Notes: a model not told the origin generated them from the letters alone. 61,111 nt of DNA, filler included, from Sphacelaria rigidula (GCA_964200075.2; 7 parts of 7 records of this genome joined end to end with filler, not necessarily neighbours in it); one strand, 5' to 3'. Positions 13,346-26,236 are shown, numbered from the whole stretch's first letter. Program-made: numbers and translations.

Positions 13346-16300
13346 GTAGGCATGATGAATGCCATGAGAACGGGAAACCTGATTCTTGACATGGTGATCG
13401 CCATGAGCATCCCGTTGGTGTTGCAAGGCCTCGTGAAGCTGTGGGAGTGGCTGAGGCCGATCGTGGACGATTTTATTTTCGGTCTTCGACAAAAGGAGCA
13501 GTACTTCTTCCGGAGCATTGATTACGAACAGGTAATCATTGCCCCTGAATCCCAACATCATGCGGTACTAGTTCCTGTATTGTCCTGTTGTCGTCGGCCT
13601 TTTACCTCAAGCGAGTCACTGCAGCACTGTACTGTTCACCCAGTTATCGTTAACGCCGAGCCGGCCATAATCCAGCTTCAAGATTTGTCTGTTTCCATTG
13701 CTCTTTTCTACGTACTTGCTTTTATCGTGAAGGAGAAGATAGCAGCCGGAAGTAATTTGGCCTTATTGGCGAGGACGTACACATCATCCGCCGCTCTTGT
13801 TTACTTGCGTTCTTGCGTATCTGAACATTCTTCAGATATGTTTATTTTTTCTTCCATGGATTCTACCCTTTGAAAGTCTCAGCTATTTGAAAATCATCCC
13901 TTCGTGTATTTTCCCCTCCTCTCCCCCTTCCCCCAAAACGTCATACTTCTGTACTAAATCGTGCGGTTGATGTAATAGAACAAGCCACAGACAGTGCCAT
14001 TGCTGGGAATTCCGCAGGCACATCGATCGGGGGTACTCTACTCGTACAAGCTGGGCCAGCCAACAGTGGGTAATTTTCTCGCTCAGGCGACGCACGGCGT
14101 AAAAAAGGAGTTGGACGCTTCAATTATGGCAGCAGCTTATTATCAGGGCTATACACGTTACATGTTCACGTTCACGTTACGTTCATCACGTGAAGAATTA
14201 AGCGTTCACGTTACGTGACGTGTGACACGTGAAAAAAATTAACGTTACGTTCATCACGTGAAACAAATTAACGTTCACATTACGCTTCGGTCAAAACGTA
14301 ACGTGCATAACGCTATGTCACGTGTAATCTGTATAGCCTATACACATGTACACGTTCACGTTACGTTCATCACGTAAAAAAATTAACGTTACGTTAACGT
14401 TACCTTTGCAATTTAACGTGAAGTTTATGGTACGTTCATACATGAAAAAAATCAACGTTCACGTACGTTTCGGTCAAAATGTAACGTGAACGTAACGTGT
14501 AACGCTATGGCACGTGTAACGTGTATAGCCCTGCTTATCACGATCGACATGCAGAACATACCGAGAGCAGTAAAGAAAAAACAAACCAAAAGAAGTAATG
14601 GGGATTTGAAATTCCAGCAAAAACAAGATAATATCATAAGTTCAGGAGAAAAATGAATATCTACAGCTGCTCCCGGGATATATCATTTTCTTGGGTGGAG
14701 AAGGTCTTCGTGAAATTTCAGCTCAAAAGTCGTCGTATTGGGCCGTACGTGCAACGTTTTGCGTGACGCTGCTGCACCCCACCTAAACCCAGTGCGGGGT
14801 GATTGCTGACGTGAACCCACATTAGAAACACAAAAACGCACTCCGACACGCTATCGCTAAGCGATATCAGACGCACCGAACTTAACGCAGTACAATAACG
14901 TCATCGGCAATATGACGCCAATCTAACAGCGACGCAGTCCTTGGTTATCAGGTGGGTCTGCAGTACACAGTGATTTGCTTACATCACGTTCATTCGGGAA
15001 ACTGGGAAAACTGTGGTGTCGGCAACTTTTAGCCGCTCTCGACCCCTCGACAGCGAAAGTAGGTCATCTGTTGAATCGGCATCAATTTCACTTGAAAAAA
15101 CTATGCATGATTCAGATGGACTACCCTGGCTGTCGAAGGGTTGAGCTGGCCCAGCTCGTACAGAGGTCGACACCCTTTCTGTATACACTTGACCTGGCAG
15201 CAGGTGTCCAACCGATGGGGGTACTGCGAGGACGGAGTGGAGGGTCAACGGAATAACATTCTACAGAAGGCCATCACGTTGTATATCGGGCAGGTGCGTA
15301 ATATCCCAGGGGGCATTATTAATTGGTCTGTTTCCCTCCCGAAATCTCCCAATTTTCCGGGAAAAAGTACTCTCTCCGAAAATTGTGGGAGCAAATTTCG
15401 CAAACCAGGTCAAGCAACATATCACGCCAAGACCACAGATTTTCTCCGAGAATCTAGCGTCGTATTTTTTCAGTAACCTACGTTCGGGAGAAGTCGGGAA
15501 ATACGTACTCATTTTTTCTGGAAAAGTAGTAAAAAAGCTGAAGAAAATGCCTCTTTAGCGACAGGCCCTGTAATGAAGACTGTTGCGGGGGGTGCGCGCA
15601 AGCAAAACTACTTTTTTTAAAAGTACACTTTCTGCGTTTGCACCTTCACTGATTGAGTGGCTTTCGCAAAACATTGCGTCGCACTGTTGCCGTGTGTTGC
15701 TCGCTGGATTCGAGTTGGGGGCCGAAAATTGGTAGCACCCAACTCCGTTGGTGCAGCTTGTCTGCCGGCATTGTTGCTGTGACGGCAGCCCTTCTGCTTT
15801 GTCGAAATTATCCCATTTCGTTTGTCACGCACCCCTGAATCCTTCGCACCATACATTATCTCTCCTTCTCTTCTCTCTCTCTTTTCTCCGCCTCTATTTT
15901 ACGCGTATGTCATGTTCTAGCTGAACCTGAAATACAACTCGGCGGTGGTGGTGTTGAACTCCGTCAAGGAAAAGGCCAGCCGAGACGATGACAACTGGGG
16001 GGACATGGTGAGTGATTATGGCATACCACCGAGAAAGTACAGCACGTACCGAAATTTAACTCGACTGGGGACAGGCGACGGCATCAATTCAATCATCGAT
16101 AGCTCACGGGGGTGTATGAGAGACTGATTCATGAACATTTTAATAATTCATGCCGTATCGGGTACTGGGTTGTGGCATCGTCCCTTTGAGAAGTGTAAAC
16201 GTCAGATATCGCCGCTGAAATTTCTGCGGCCCCGTCGTACTCGCACTACGATCATAGTCGATGAACGCTCAAAAAGAGGAAGTGAGAAAAACGAAAAAAT

Positions 16301-16819
16301 GAAGACGCTAGGTGAGATTTGAACTCACGACCTCCACCACCCTAAGGTGGAATCATAGCCAACTAGACCACTAGCGCGTTTCATGGAGAAATGAGTAATA
16401 TAAAGGTATATAAAGACTAACTATAATCTTTGTTGTTTTTGAACCGTCTGGTTATCCGTGTATTACAAACAGTAGTAGCTGATCGGTTGCCGCCGCTGTG
16501 TTATTCTGCTGTGTCAACCATTGGTGCGGTCTTCGCCGTTATTGTATTCTCTACACAAGGCAGTCATGTGCTCCTGGCTACTGTACGGAGTGCCGAGGTG
16601 ATGTGGTCATTTCAAGTATTTTATCGTGTATGTGCTTATAGCAGACTTTCGCCGTTCTCCACGAGCTGTCGTATGCACGTCGTGGTTTGAATTGTTTTGT
16701 GTGTCTCACATATACAGGTGTACGGGAGTACGGCTGAGCAGCTCAAGGCCTACAGGGTAAATGTGGCACCTCCGATGAACAATTGGGTCGAAGTTGAAGA
16801 CGCCCTGTATTTCCAACAG
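13346..16819 (+). CDS. 5' exons of a probable BCS1-like AAA+ ATPase (partial; the rest lies off the contig)
   Basis: Four phase-0 AG/GT-bounded exons 13346-13531 (ATG at 13352), 15204-15293, 15921-16007 and 16718-16819 splice into an open protein: MMNAMRTGNLILDMVIAMSIPLVLQGL...RSIDYEQ/VSNRWGY...RNNILQKAITLYIGQ/LNLKYNSAVVVL.../VYGSTAEQLKAYRV...PPMNNWVEVED. The hydrophobic N-terminus plus 'NxLxxAIxLY' resembles the BCS1/AAA-associated N-domain. The Walker motifs are not in the window. Confidence 0.7.
14144..14533. mobile_element. hAT-like MITE made of ACGT-rich subterminal repeats
   Basis: Perfect 18-bp TIR CAGGGCTATACACGTTAC / GTAACGTGTATAGCCCTG; flanks CTTATTAT / CTTATCAC; the host copy near 55010 shows a single 8-bp site here. 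Confidence 0.85.
15043..15140. mobile_element. ~100-bp piggyBac-like MITE
   Basis: CCCCTCGACAGC ... GCTGTCGAAGGG ends, degenerate TTAA-type flanks (TCGA/TTGA); absent from the host copy near 54515. Confidence 0.8.
16304..16377 (-). tRNA. tRNA-Pro (anticodon AGG)
   Basis: Minus strand GCGCTAG TG GTCTAGTTGGCTATGAT T CCACC TTAGGGT GGTGG AGGTC GTGAG TTCAAAT CTCAC CTAGCGT C: 7-bp acceptor stem (G1-U72), perfect anticodon and T stems, C discriminator, and a T6 Pol III terminator just downstream. Confidence 0.85.
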
Positions 16820-17057
16820 GTGGTGTACGATATACGGCTGGCTGCCCGTCGCCCTCACTGTTGTTACTTTGCTTGTTGACAGTGACCCGTAGGAAAATTT
16901 GTTGTTTGACGTCTGTCTACAAAACACCGGCGGCGACATAACCTAACCGTCTTGGGACCGGATTCTTACCAAGCAGGAGTGAGGACGTAGTTTGTACGCA
17001 AGAGCCATATGTGAATCGGCGTCATTTCCACTGTTTTCAAGTGACAATGATGGCCGT

Positions 17058-17335
17058 CGCGCCTCGGTGGTGTAATGATCCGACCCTCTCCATTAGGGTG
17101 GAGAGGGCGAGGGTTCGATTCCCGATGTGTGCTGGATTTATTCTTCGTAGTATTTGATTTCCATCGTGAAAAGCGTGAGGACGTGAGTGGACGCGGTGCG
17201 GGATTGCTGACCCAATCCGCGAGACCGAAATGCAAGGCGTGTACCGGGGAGAGATGGCTTGATCCCTTGAGACCACGGACTCGTCCCGAGCAAGGGGAGG
17301 GGTTCAAAGTGCGACAAATGAAAAAAAAAAAAAAA
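17058..17335 (+). mobile_element. tRNA-Pro-derived SINE with poly(A) tail
   Basis: A-box TGGTGTAATGA, TTAGGGT loop, B-box GGTTCGATTCC, unrelated body, A-tail 17321-17335; related copies on the minus strand at ~21620-21735 (5' part) and ~43988-44295. Confidence 0.75.
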
Positions 17336-17392
17336 TGATATCAATTCACAGTACACACGTCAGCGGAAGCGCTAGTTTGAATATACCGAACA

Positions 17393-17492
17393 NNNNNNNN
17401 NNNNNNNNNNNNNNNNNNNNNNNNNNNNNNNNNNNNTTAATTAATTAANNNNNNNNNNNNNNNNNNNNNNNNNNNNNNNNNNNNNNNNNNNN
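17393..17492. other. Artificial contig spacer
   Basis: Same 100-bp N/TTAATTAATTAA/N block. Confidence 0.98.
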
Positions 17493-19149
17493 CTACAGTA
17501 GTGCCTACATCATCAAGCCAAACTAGACACTCACTACATCTACTTAACCCCTTATTCCCCCTCGGTGACCGGCGGAGCAAAGCAGCTCAACGCCTCCAGA
17601 CAAAACACACGATCAGAATCAGCCCCCCCCAATTCTTGCTAATCAAAGTCTTTCCCCCCCTGCTTCTAGGCCACGGGGAAAAGGAGTGCTGCATTCATCA
17701 TCCTTCCCCGATAGCGGGGAGATTCGCAGCGAGGGGTTGATCTTGATCCTGTTCGGTCACCACCCTCCAAAACCAACCGTCACGTCATGCTTGTCTCAGC
17801 CTTACAGACAGCACCTGTGTCGGACAAAAATGGTTTTTGGAGGCTCAGCGTCTCACATATCGTGCAGACCCGAGGGGAATGGGCAGTGGGATAACAGAAA
17901 GGAAAAATATAAATATTCATGTTACTCAGGCGCGTCAATCACCAACCGATGGACATACTTTTACCACGTACCGTACTGTGGTGTCGCGTTTCTTTAGTAG
18001 CGAACGCACACCCACATATTTTACCCGGATTCAGCACTATTATTTCAACTCTTCACTTCTTGTTCACATACCACATACGGATTAAGCGGCAGTTCGGCCG
18101 CCACCATCCTGGTTGCATGAAACAGTACACTTTGCCTTTTACATGCCGTGCCAACATGTGTAAACCTGTATGGAATTCGCCTGGCCAGCCAACCGAGCAA
18201 CGACCAGCTTCCATATGGGTGATACAATGCACTCTTCTTTCATCATGCTGTGCATATGAACCGCATCTCGCTCATAACGTCAGCTCTATCTATTAGCCAT
18301 CAAATATGTGTCACATGCATTTTTCTGACCTGTAGCACAGGAATTTCGTTTGTGCCCACAGTCACTCTTCCGATATTGTCACCATCAGGCCAAGCTACTA
18401 GTATTGCGCTATACTCAGTCCTTGCTCCTACCATAACAACGAAGTCTTATCAACTAATTCAGCCAAGAAGCCGATGCCTCGCGAATCCTACACCTCTCGG
18501 AATGATAACAACTTTTTCACTTAGATGTCGAGCTTCGGAACCCACCTCAAATTTTGTGGTCTCAACCATCATTCATCCGCATACCCCTCTGCGGAACATT
18601 TTACCGACATCACCCTCTAGTCTAGTCAGACAGCAGTGCCCCACATGCCTGTACTCACCAAGGCGACGAACAAGGTTCCACCTCAACCGATCGAGTAAGG
18701 GTGTGGTGCCCCACAGTCCTGCGCTCACCGGGGTGGCACAATGTTACACATGAGCGTTGAGTTTCGGCATCCATGTCAAAACATGTTCTCAATACTCTTC
18801 ATGCACTTCACTCTGTGCAATTTTACCGACACCGTTCCACAGTCAAGTCAAGTCGCGGTGCCCTGCTCTTCTCACACTTACAAAAACGGCAGACGATTTT
18901 CTATTCATCGATCGAGTCAAACAAACGCGCAAAGTAAGTCTGCACTCATCGAGACAGAAATTCGTCAAACATCAACACTGAGTTTCAGTGCCCTTATCAA
19001 AAATATGATCTCAGCATTGTCCAGAGATATCCAATATCTCGATCCACCTGGGCAACAACCTTTCCTTGGGTACATGAATCACTATCTGCGTGACGACTAA
19101 GAACACGCAAAACATAAAAACAAAGGGGTATTTGAGTCATGTATAGGTC

Positions 19150-20290
19150 TCATGCCATCATTTTTCAAAAGGCTTCTGCGTCCGCTTCCGAACATACCGA
19201 AGAATCGCTGCTACCCGACGACCCTACTGCCATCGCTGTATCTTCTTCTCCTGTATTACAATCCTCAAAAGCGTATCCCTTTTTTTCGCATCTCATACAC
19301 TGTCGTTCCGGACAGTCACGCGCGAAGTGTGCTGTTTGCTTCCGGCAAATCCAACACCACCTCTCCTTTACAGAACCATTTTTCACGCCCATCAGGTTTC
19401 GAATCCCCCGTATCTCCCGAGGTCCCTTGTAAATTCGTAAATTCCTTTTTCGACTTCCCTTGCCACTTCACGGGGGTCCTGGCCAGTTTCCTGTGTCATA
19501 CGGAAATATTTCCCCTCTTTCACGTGAGGCGCTTATGAAAACTGCGGCACCAACTTGGTCAGGGAATCATCATCACGGAACAACGGCCAATTTTTCTCCT
19601 TACTGTCAAGCTTCTCATCGAATCTTTCATCAACACGAAAACAACTCTTCACGCCTAGATGAGGGTAGTAAGCCGGGGACTCCTCGTTCATACTTACATG
19701 GGCGGATCCATCGCCCGTGGATCCTCGGAGAGGGCCTGATACAATCCCTACACCGAGTGGTGACCGGACCCTCCCTGTTCCGGCACCGGCAACGGTGTGC
19801 CTTCCGTCGCCTGCCTTCCCCTCCTCGTCCGCTGCCGCTCCGGGGCCAGTGGACGATGTCCTGCGCACTAACTGGGACACCATCATCGTCTTCAGCTCCG
19901 CCAGCTGCTCAGTGATATCCGTCACCGATCGTTGCAAGCTGGCGACATTCTCTTTCACCTCCAGCATTTCCGTTGGAGACGATGTGTCTCCTACGACAGC
20001 CAAGTGTCTTTCCGCAGTGCTCCAGTGCGCCATCGGTGCCTTGGCCGCAAAGCTCCCAAGTTGGGTAGGGTGTGGCTCTAGAGTGTTTGTAGTTTCGTGA
20101 CCCCGTGAGAGGATGGGGTGCAGACTCGACTCAGATAGTCGATCAATGGACACGACTGCGATAGTCGATCAATGGACACGGCTGACTGCCGATCAAGATG
20201 AGGTAGAAATGTATATAAAGCTTTGTTGATGAAAAGGGAAGGAAGGGGAGTGGGCCCAGTAGGCGCCAAAGTCTCAAGATGTGACAAGCA
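19150..20290 (-). mobile_element. gag: Decayed LTR retrotransposon 5' part (Gag with two zinc knuckles)
   Basis: ORF 19165-19392 contains CWICRKQTAHFARDC and CMRCEKKGYAFEDC; ORF 19533-20153 has a coiled-coil-like Gag N-terminus; candidate short LTR ~20106-20286 (TGTCAC...CA). Downstream sequence towards ~17900 is too degenerate to assign. Confidence 0.7.
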
Positions 20291-20460
20291 CTACTCACGT
20301 ATGTCCAGTGACCAACATCACAATATAAAGTCATCCGCGTAGTATCCGGAACTCAAACAGGTATATCACTAGACTGTTGTACCTTACCCTAACTAGGTGT
20401 ATCTTACTGAACACCGCAGGCCATACTACGAACAGACCACTGTAGTGAACAATACTGTGC

Positions 20461-20803
20461 GTGTATTGTCGTCCCATCTATTCTGGACGCCAGTCTACAC
20501 CTTTCGGTACATGTGGGCGCACCAGCCGGGGTCACACAGGAGGGAGGTCAACACAAGAGTTTTTCTTTTCTGCTTGTTTTTAGTACCCCGCATTCCTTCT
20601 ACGATGCTTGCCTTTATTGTTTATCGCGATAGAGGTACAGCGGTCCCTTTCCCTCGTCCACCGTCAAGTCATACTTTGTGTACCCACGGTATAGTCGCTT
20701 TCCACTGTTGGGCCCATTGCGAGACAAAATCCCAGACCTCTCCGAGATTTGAAGCCACGACCCAACCGTCAGAGGGTTTCGAGGATACCAACGGAGCCAC
20801 GGG
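20461..20803 (-). mobile_element. tRNA-derived SINE (second family, CTG/Gln-like loop)
   Basis: Head with A-box-like GTGGCTCCGTTGG, stem-loop AAACC-CTCTGAC-GGTT and degenerate B-box; body shared with 26517-26715 (partial) and 54275-55220. Confidence 0.75.
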
Positions 20804-21079
20804 TACTGTAATACATATATAAGTGTATTGATTCGAAACCCATTGTTGGCGGCATAGGCTATCGATAAATGCTCGCTACAATAATCCACTTCAGACGGCA
20901 ATGGCTACCGATAGATACCCCCAAATCCGTTGTTGGCGGCAGTTGGCGGCACATACTGTCGACAGGTTGTTCATCAAATGTATTGATACGGCATTTGCTG
21001 TCGATATAGGTGGTTCCAGAGGTCTGTCAAGAATATATTTCGGGACACGTAGGCCCCAAGATACAAAATTCGAGAATTT

Positions 21080-21615
21080 GAGGGGGGGGACACACCCAGG
21101 CTGCTGTCCCCTAGTTTATTGCCGAGGCGTTGGCGGATGCGGTCAGCTGCCGTGTACAGAGATTCTTGGCATGGAGACCGCTGAGATGACGGACACACCG
21201 CCCCTCCAAGCTCATCACCAACCACAATGATATTGATAGGATTATGTTCCGTGTCGTGTGCCTCGACTACCTACCACTGGTAGTCCTGGAAATTTTGGCG
21301 AGGCGTGAGAGATAATGTTGCTACTTTGGCTACAGGCTATCGCTACCGTGCGCTCGTGTATACATGGATGTGTGTGGGCGTCGCCGACAATCGAGGTAAT
21401 CGGGACAGAGCGGGCAAGGAGCAGAAGCAAATATACGAACCTCGCAAAGCCCGCCAGACTTTTCAGTTTTTGACAGTGTTTGTTTTGATCAGTTTCTTTC
21501 AACAAACAATCACAAAAAATCGTGACAATTTTCGAAAAATTGCCCTCCGAGAGGGGGGGAGGGGGGCTCCGTGTCCGAAAAACGTCTCTCGACAGACCCT
21601 TGGTGGTTCATCAGA
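21080..21615. repeat. Dispersed ~500-bp repeat
   Basis: Homologous, inverted, to ~44430-44940 (e.g. ATGTTCCGTGTCGTGTGCCTCGA, GGCGTGAGA..TGTTGCTA). Confidence 0.8.
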
Positions 21616-22089
21616 TGTTCGACGTTGGAAATCAAATACTTTGAAGAAAACCTCGACGCATCGGGAACCAAACGCACCTTCTCTCCACCCTCATGGTGAC
21701 TGTTGGACCATTAGACTACCAGGGCGCGGCGGCACAGGGGGTAGATGCGCTGATGCCGAAACTGATGTACCTGTCCTTTCCGGTCTGTTGTTGATCTTGT
21801 CCTTGGTTGGTGGTTTTGCGGTTCTCTATATTGTTTGTACTCGTCGTACTGTGCTGTGTCCTTTGGGTATCATCTCTCTGCAGTCTCTTCTCTGTGCTAA
21901 ATTTCTTCCTCGATATCCTTCTCTCTGTGCGTCTATCCCTCGCGGTGTACGCAAGTTGCAGTTTGGTGCCTCGTGCCCGTAGGGGTCATGGATGAGAGCT
22001 TTACACCCAAAATAACGAAGACGAGTTATATGAGCCACAATATGTTCCGATATATATATATGTATATATATTGTCACGATTGGGTATAA

Positions 22090-22337
22090 GTGTAGTTTTG
22101 GCGCAAGACGTTTTCCACCGAAGGCTTGTTGCAGAGGCCGTACGTTTATATATTCGTTTCGTCTTTGTTCTGTCCCCTCTTTGTTTCTTAGTCTACTGTG
22201 TTTGTCTGGTTAACCTTTCTGCCTTCTTAACTTTTCTTCAGTTGGTATTTCCATTATGTTCTATCTCGGGTACGTCGATCATGTGACCACGGCTGGATCC
22301 CTAGGGGAGCAGTTAACGTGTGATCATTAATCAATCA
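22090..22337 (+). mobile_element. Non-LTR retroelement 3' end, (CAAT)-tail family
   Basis: ATGTGACCACGGCTGGATCC core plus AATCAATCA tail; further copies at ~25140-25372 (+), ~41070-41230 (-) and ~46105-46330 (-). Confidence 0.7.
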
Positions 22338-25300
22338 GTTGGAAGGGACTCGATGCCTACTACATTTATTGTTCCCTGCAATGCATATATGTTTTGTTCG
22401 ACAACGGATATCGATAGGTTTTCCCCCACGTCCATATGGAAGCAATGAACAGTTCATTGTTGCATCCGCTATCCAGAGTGTGGTAAGACACTGGGAAGCA
22501 TTTCCGCGAGACGTGATCTAGGGGAAAGCTTGGACTTTGCAAAAGTTTGGTATTTTTGTCTTCACCGTCCCTTTGTCTATTCCTGCAATTCCCCCGGTTC
22601 ACCAGCTACACGCATAATAGTCAACACGCACCGTTCCCGACAAAACCTCTACATCTGGAATTTTGGGACTTCCACTTCGCTTACCCTTGCTTGGTACCTA
22701 ACGGAATTCTTCGAGCCTCTGCATCAAAATGGGTCGGATATATCATACGCATTTTTTGTCACACTTCTAAACTCAAAGAGCCACTGTTCACGCTGGTTCA
22801 ATTCGTATACAAAATGCATCACCCACCTAGCCCGCGTCTTTTGCCTCAGTTGTTAACTCACTGCAAGATAGTGAAACCGCGACTTCCCCTCGTGCAAATC
22901 CTGATCTCCTCACATGAGTCTATCTGATGAGTATACCGTGCTGAGCAACGCAAGTGGGATACACAGTCTAAGAGCGAGCACCATACCCCACTGCCTTCGA
23001 AGGACGTGGCTATCATTCGACTCCCCCGAGATCTGAAAGGTGGGAACAATGATCGTCGCGCTGAGCCTGCAACCTCTGCCGCTCCTCGGCTCCATCTGCC
23101 CATAGTATCCGTAGGTTTATCGTGTGAGCCCTATCATTGCGACATTGTCTCCCTGTCAGTCTCCACTATCGCACACGTCAAATTTCCAGTGCGGTTTTTC
23201 GGCATCGAACGCAGTTTATTTACCCTTTTGGGTCCTGGTTTGTGCATGTACGCGTTTCGTTTTGGACGTGGACGTGGGCGGGGGCGGGGGGCGGGGGGGG
23301 GTTAATATTAAACGAATTAACACGTAAGATGGAACGGGAGAAAAAGCGCAATCGACGGACGAATGGGATAACAGCAACCACATTGTTGAGTATTTAGTTT
23401 TGAAAATATATATCAAAATTTACAAGAGGAGACAGCTGCGGACCGTTTGAAACGATGACGCGTACATTTATCAAAACGTTTCGCATCATGTTCATTTCCC
23501 GGGCGAGAGCAAGGAGAAGACGAAACCATGACTGTATTTCATAGACATGCGAGTTCCTGGTCCTTGAGGGTTATAGTGACACTACGGAGGCTCGTACTGC
23601 TGGCATGACGCCGTGTGATGGGATGTGGAACATAGGAGGTCGGCTCACGCTTGTTCAACCCTGCGCCCGCTAGGATTGGGTATCTGTTCAGTCATCATTC
23701 ACATCTTACAAATGAGGTAAAATGATTCCGATTAAACCCATCGCCTATCCCCGCGGTGAAAGGGTGAGCGAGATTCTGTTGGTTTCCTTCTTCACAGATG
23801 AAAAATGTGACAGTAGATGCAAGTTTCTATCCGTACCCCCCGTCCTTAAGAGCGGCGCGGAATCGTGCTGTACCACTACGATTTGGGGGAGAACCACTCT
23901 AAGTGCAGTGAGGCGTAAATGAAGCACCGGCCAAACCTCAGCCCTGCAAGGAGGCAAGTCAGCAGACAGATGAACACACTGAAAGCAACCCGCGTAACAA
24001 CTAGGAATAGCTAGGCGAGGACGCGAGGACCGACTGACCCAGCGATAACTTTGTTTCGGACACTCGCCAATCCTAGCCAGGAACAGTGGTGACGATCGCA
24101 GGGGGTGGCGTGACCGCCGTCTACTGCTGTAACAGTTGTCAGTAACTACCCTGTTTGCCAGCGAGACATCGCTTGTACCACGGGCCGTGTCATCGGTACA
24201 CTGAATTTGTTGCCCCAACAAAGAACCGAGCCTTTTCCCACCGACGAGAAGTTGACTTGGCTGAAGGACCAGGCTTCCCCGACCTTCGTCGCCATCACCT
24301 GACAGAAATGTGGTAGGCAATGCGTTCATCAAGTCGACGTTTGGCCTCTGCACGAACGGGCGTTCGATTTTCCGAGGTCATGTGTACGCTTGGGCAATGA
24401 AAGATACGGTGTGCGTGTGATCACAAACTGGTCATATTCATTCATCGGAGGCCCGAATTCCGCTGAAAATGGGTTATGGCGGGACTGGAGCCCACACCTT
24501 TGTTTCTCCCAAGTGGGCATGTGACTTCCGAGCCAGTGAGCTTTTACTAGTTCACAAAGTACATGTCAGCTTGAGGAACAATGTGTGATCACAGGTGGAG
24601 TGCTTACTGTGGATCAGTACCACAACCCAGTCGCATGTCGCTGCTGCACTGACATTTTGCCGGGAGCCACTTCTAGCGCAAGGAGTGGTGCGCAAATAGA
24701 CTACAGTTGAGGTCATACTTTGATAGTTTCCTGTGTCTGCAAAACAAAATACTCTGCCAACAGGTGGCGGGATTGCACCATTGCTCACAACTGTGGAACT
24801 ACTGGCGAGACTTTGCGTGACTTCCGCTTGTGCACATACTGACTGCCTCGACGAGTACAAACACTTTCTGGTTATCTCCCGTGGTATCGGCAATTCTCCG
24901 CCGATGATTACTCTCGAACAGGATTTGGTTGTAGGTTGCTCGCGGTTTCTAAGGGATGCAATTGACCAGCTGTTCTCCCTTACGAACATCGATTCTGCGC
25001 ATACCGTCGTCAGTAGTGAAGTTTCTTTGTACTCCTGCAGTGTGTTTGTCCATGTATAAGAGGGTGCCTACCCTGAATGGAGCGGTCGTAGTAAATAAGC
25101 CGCAATATTTTCCTTTTCTACGACTGGGTATAGGTGTGGTTCTGCGCAAGATATCTTCCGCCGAAGCCATGTGGCAGAGGCCGGCCTTTTTTATATTTCA
25201 TGTCCTAGTCTACTATGTCGTTATGCTCCACCTTTCCATTTCCCCTTTTTTCTTCAGCGAAAATTTCAGTTTTGTTTTGTTTCGGGTACGTACGTCTATC

Positions 25301-26032
25301 ATGTGGAGTATGACCACGGCCGGATCATGACTACCTCGGGGTCAGCTAAAGTACAACGATCAATCAACTAAACAATGATGCAGTGAGGTGAACAGAAACA
25401 AGTCATGTTCACCCCTGTTCCGCATGTGCATCGCGGGAGCTGTAGGTCGACTCACACGAAAACATAACGGGCCGGGGGTTAATAAGTAATAGTCTCATCC
25501 TTTCGGCATCTGTACAACATGTACGCGGCGATATTCGACAGCCTACATATTGCAGTGTGGAACACCGTTGCTTCTATCATCAACACCATTGCACCGCCAC
25601 ACGAACAACATGAGTCATCAAACGACATACGTACCCGTTGATGACCACGACACGCCGAGCATGCCATACAGCACAAGCGTGTCCAGAGCTATGTGGGCAT
25701 GCCGCATGACAAAGGCGACCGTAAACAGTGCACCCCTGATCACAAAACGTCAGCAGGATGGAAGGGGAGATAGGTAGGCAGTAGCCATGAAGAGGGTAAG
25801 CAGTAAGCTGGAGGACTTCACACTGCGGAACTTGTATCGCGTAGGTTTGAGCGAACACCCCAGGCGAAACCTGCTTTCCTATCGTTATTTAGACCCTGAT
25901 AACTTGAACAAGCGGCAGAAAAAGGTGTGCTTCTACTCTCCATCACGCCCGCTGATTGACATGAGCGGCTCAAATGCTGCAGAGGCGCTCATCATGTATA
26001 AATTGCCGGCACAACAAGGTACGTTTGACCAC

Positions 26033-26080
<48 letters not shown>

Positions 26081-26136
26081 ACCCCCCCAGCCGGCCCGGG
26101 AACACCACCCCCCCCCCCCGCAGGCGGACGCGCACA

Positions 26137-26236
26137 NNNNNNNNNNNNNNNNNNNNNNNNNNNNNNNNNNNNNNNNNNNNTTAATTAATTAANNNNNNNN
26201 NNNNNNNNNNNNNNNNNNNNNNNNNNNNNNNNNNNN
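26137..26236. other. Artificial contig spacer
   Basis: Same 100-bp block. Confidence 0.98.

Larger units (their letters stand above)
14047..15158. mobile_element. TA-flanked MITE (~610 bp core) carrying two nested MITEs
   Basis: TA|CAAGCTGGGCCAGC ... GCTGGCCCAGCTCG|TA; colinear, inverted, with the uninterrupted copy at 54505-55107. Confidence 0.85.

Noticed and set aside
14150-14530. Dense ACGT/G-box cluster as a possible regulatory element
   Set aside because: Fully contained in a MITE with perfect TIRs and a TSD; explained as subterminal repeats.
21305-21982. 225-aa ORF, and the 203-aa ORF at 44387-44998
   Set aside because: Both run through non-coding dispersed repeats; the frame is not conserved between the two copies.
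26034-26120. Poly-Pro coding stretch
   Set aside because: C homopolymer downstream of a GT donor-like site at a contig end; likely non-coding, and its length is unreliable.
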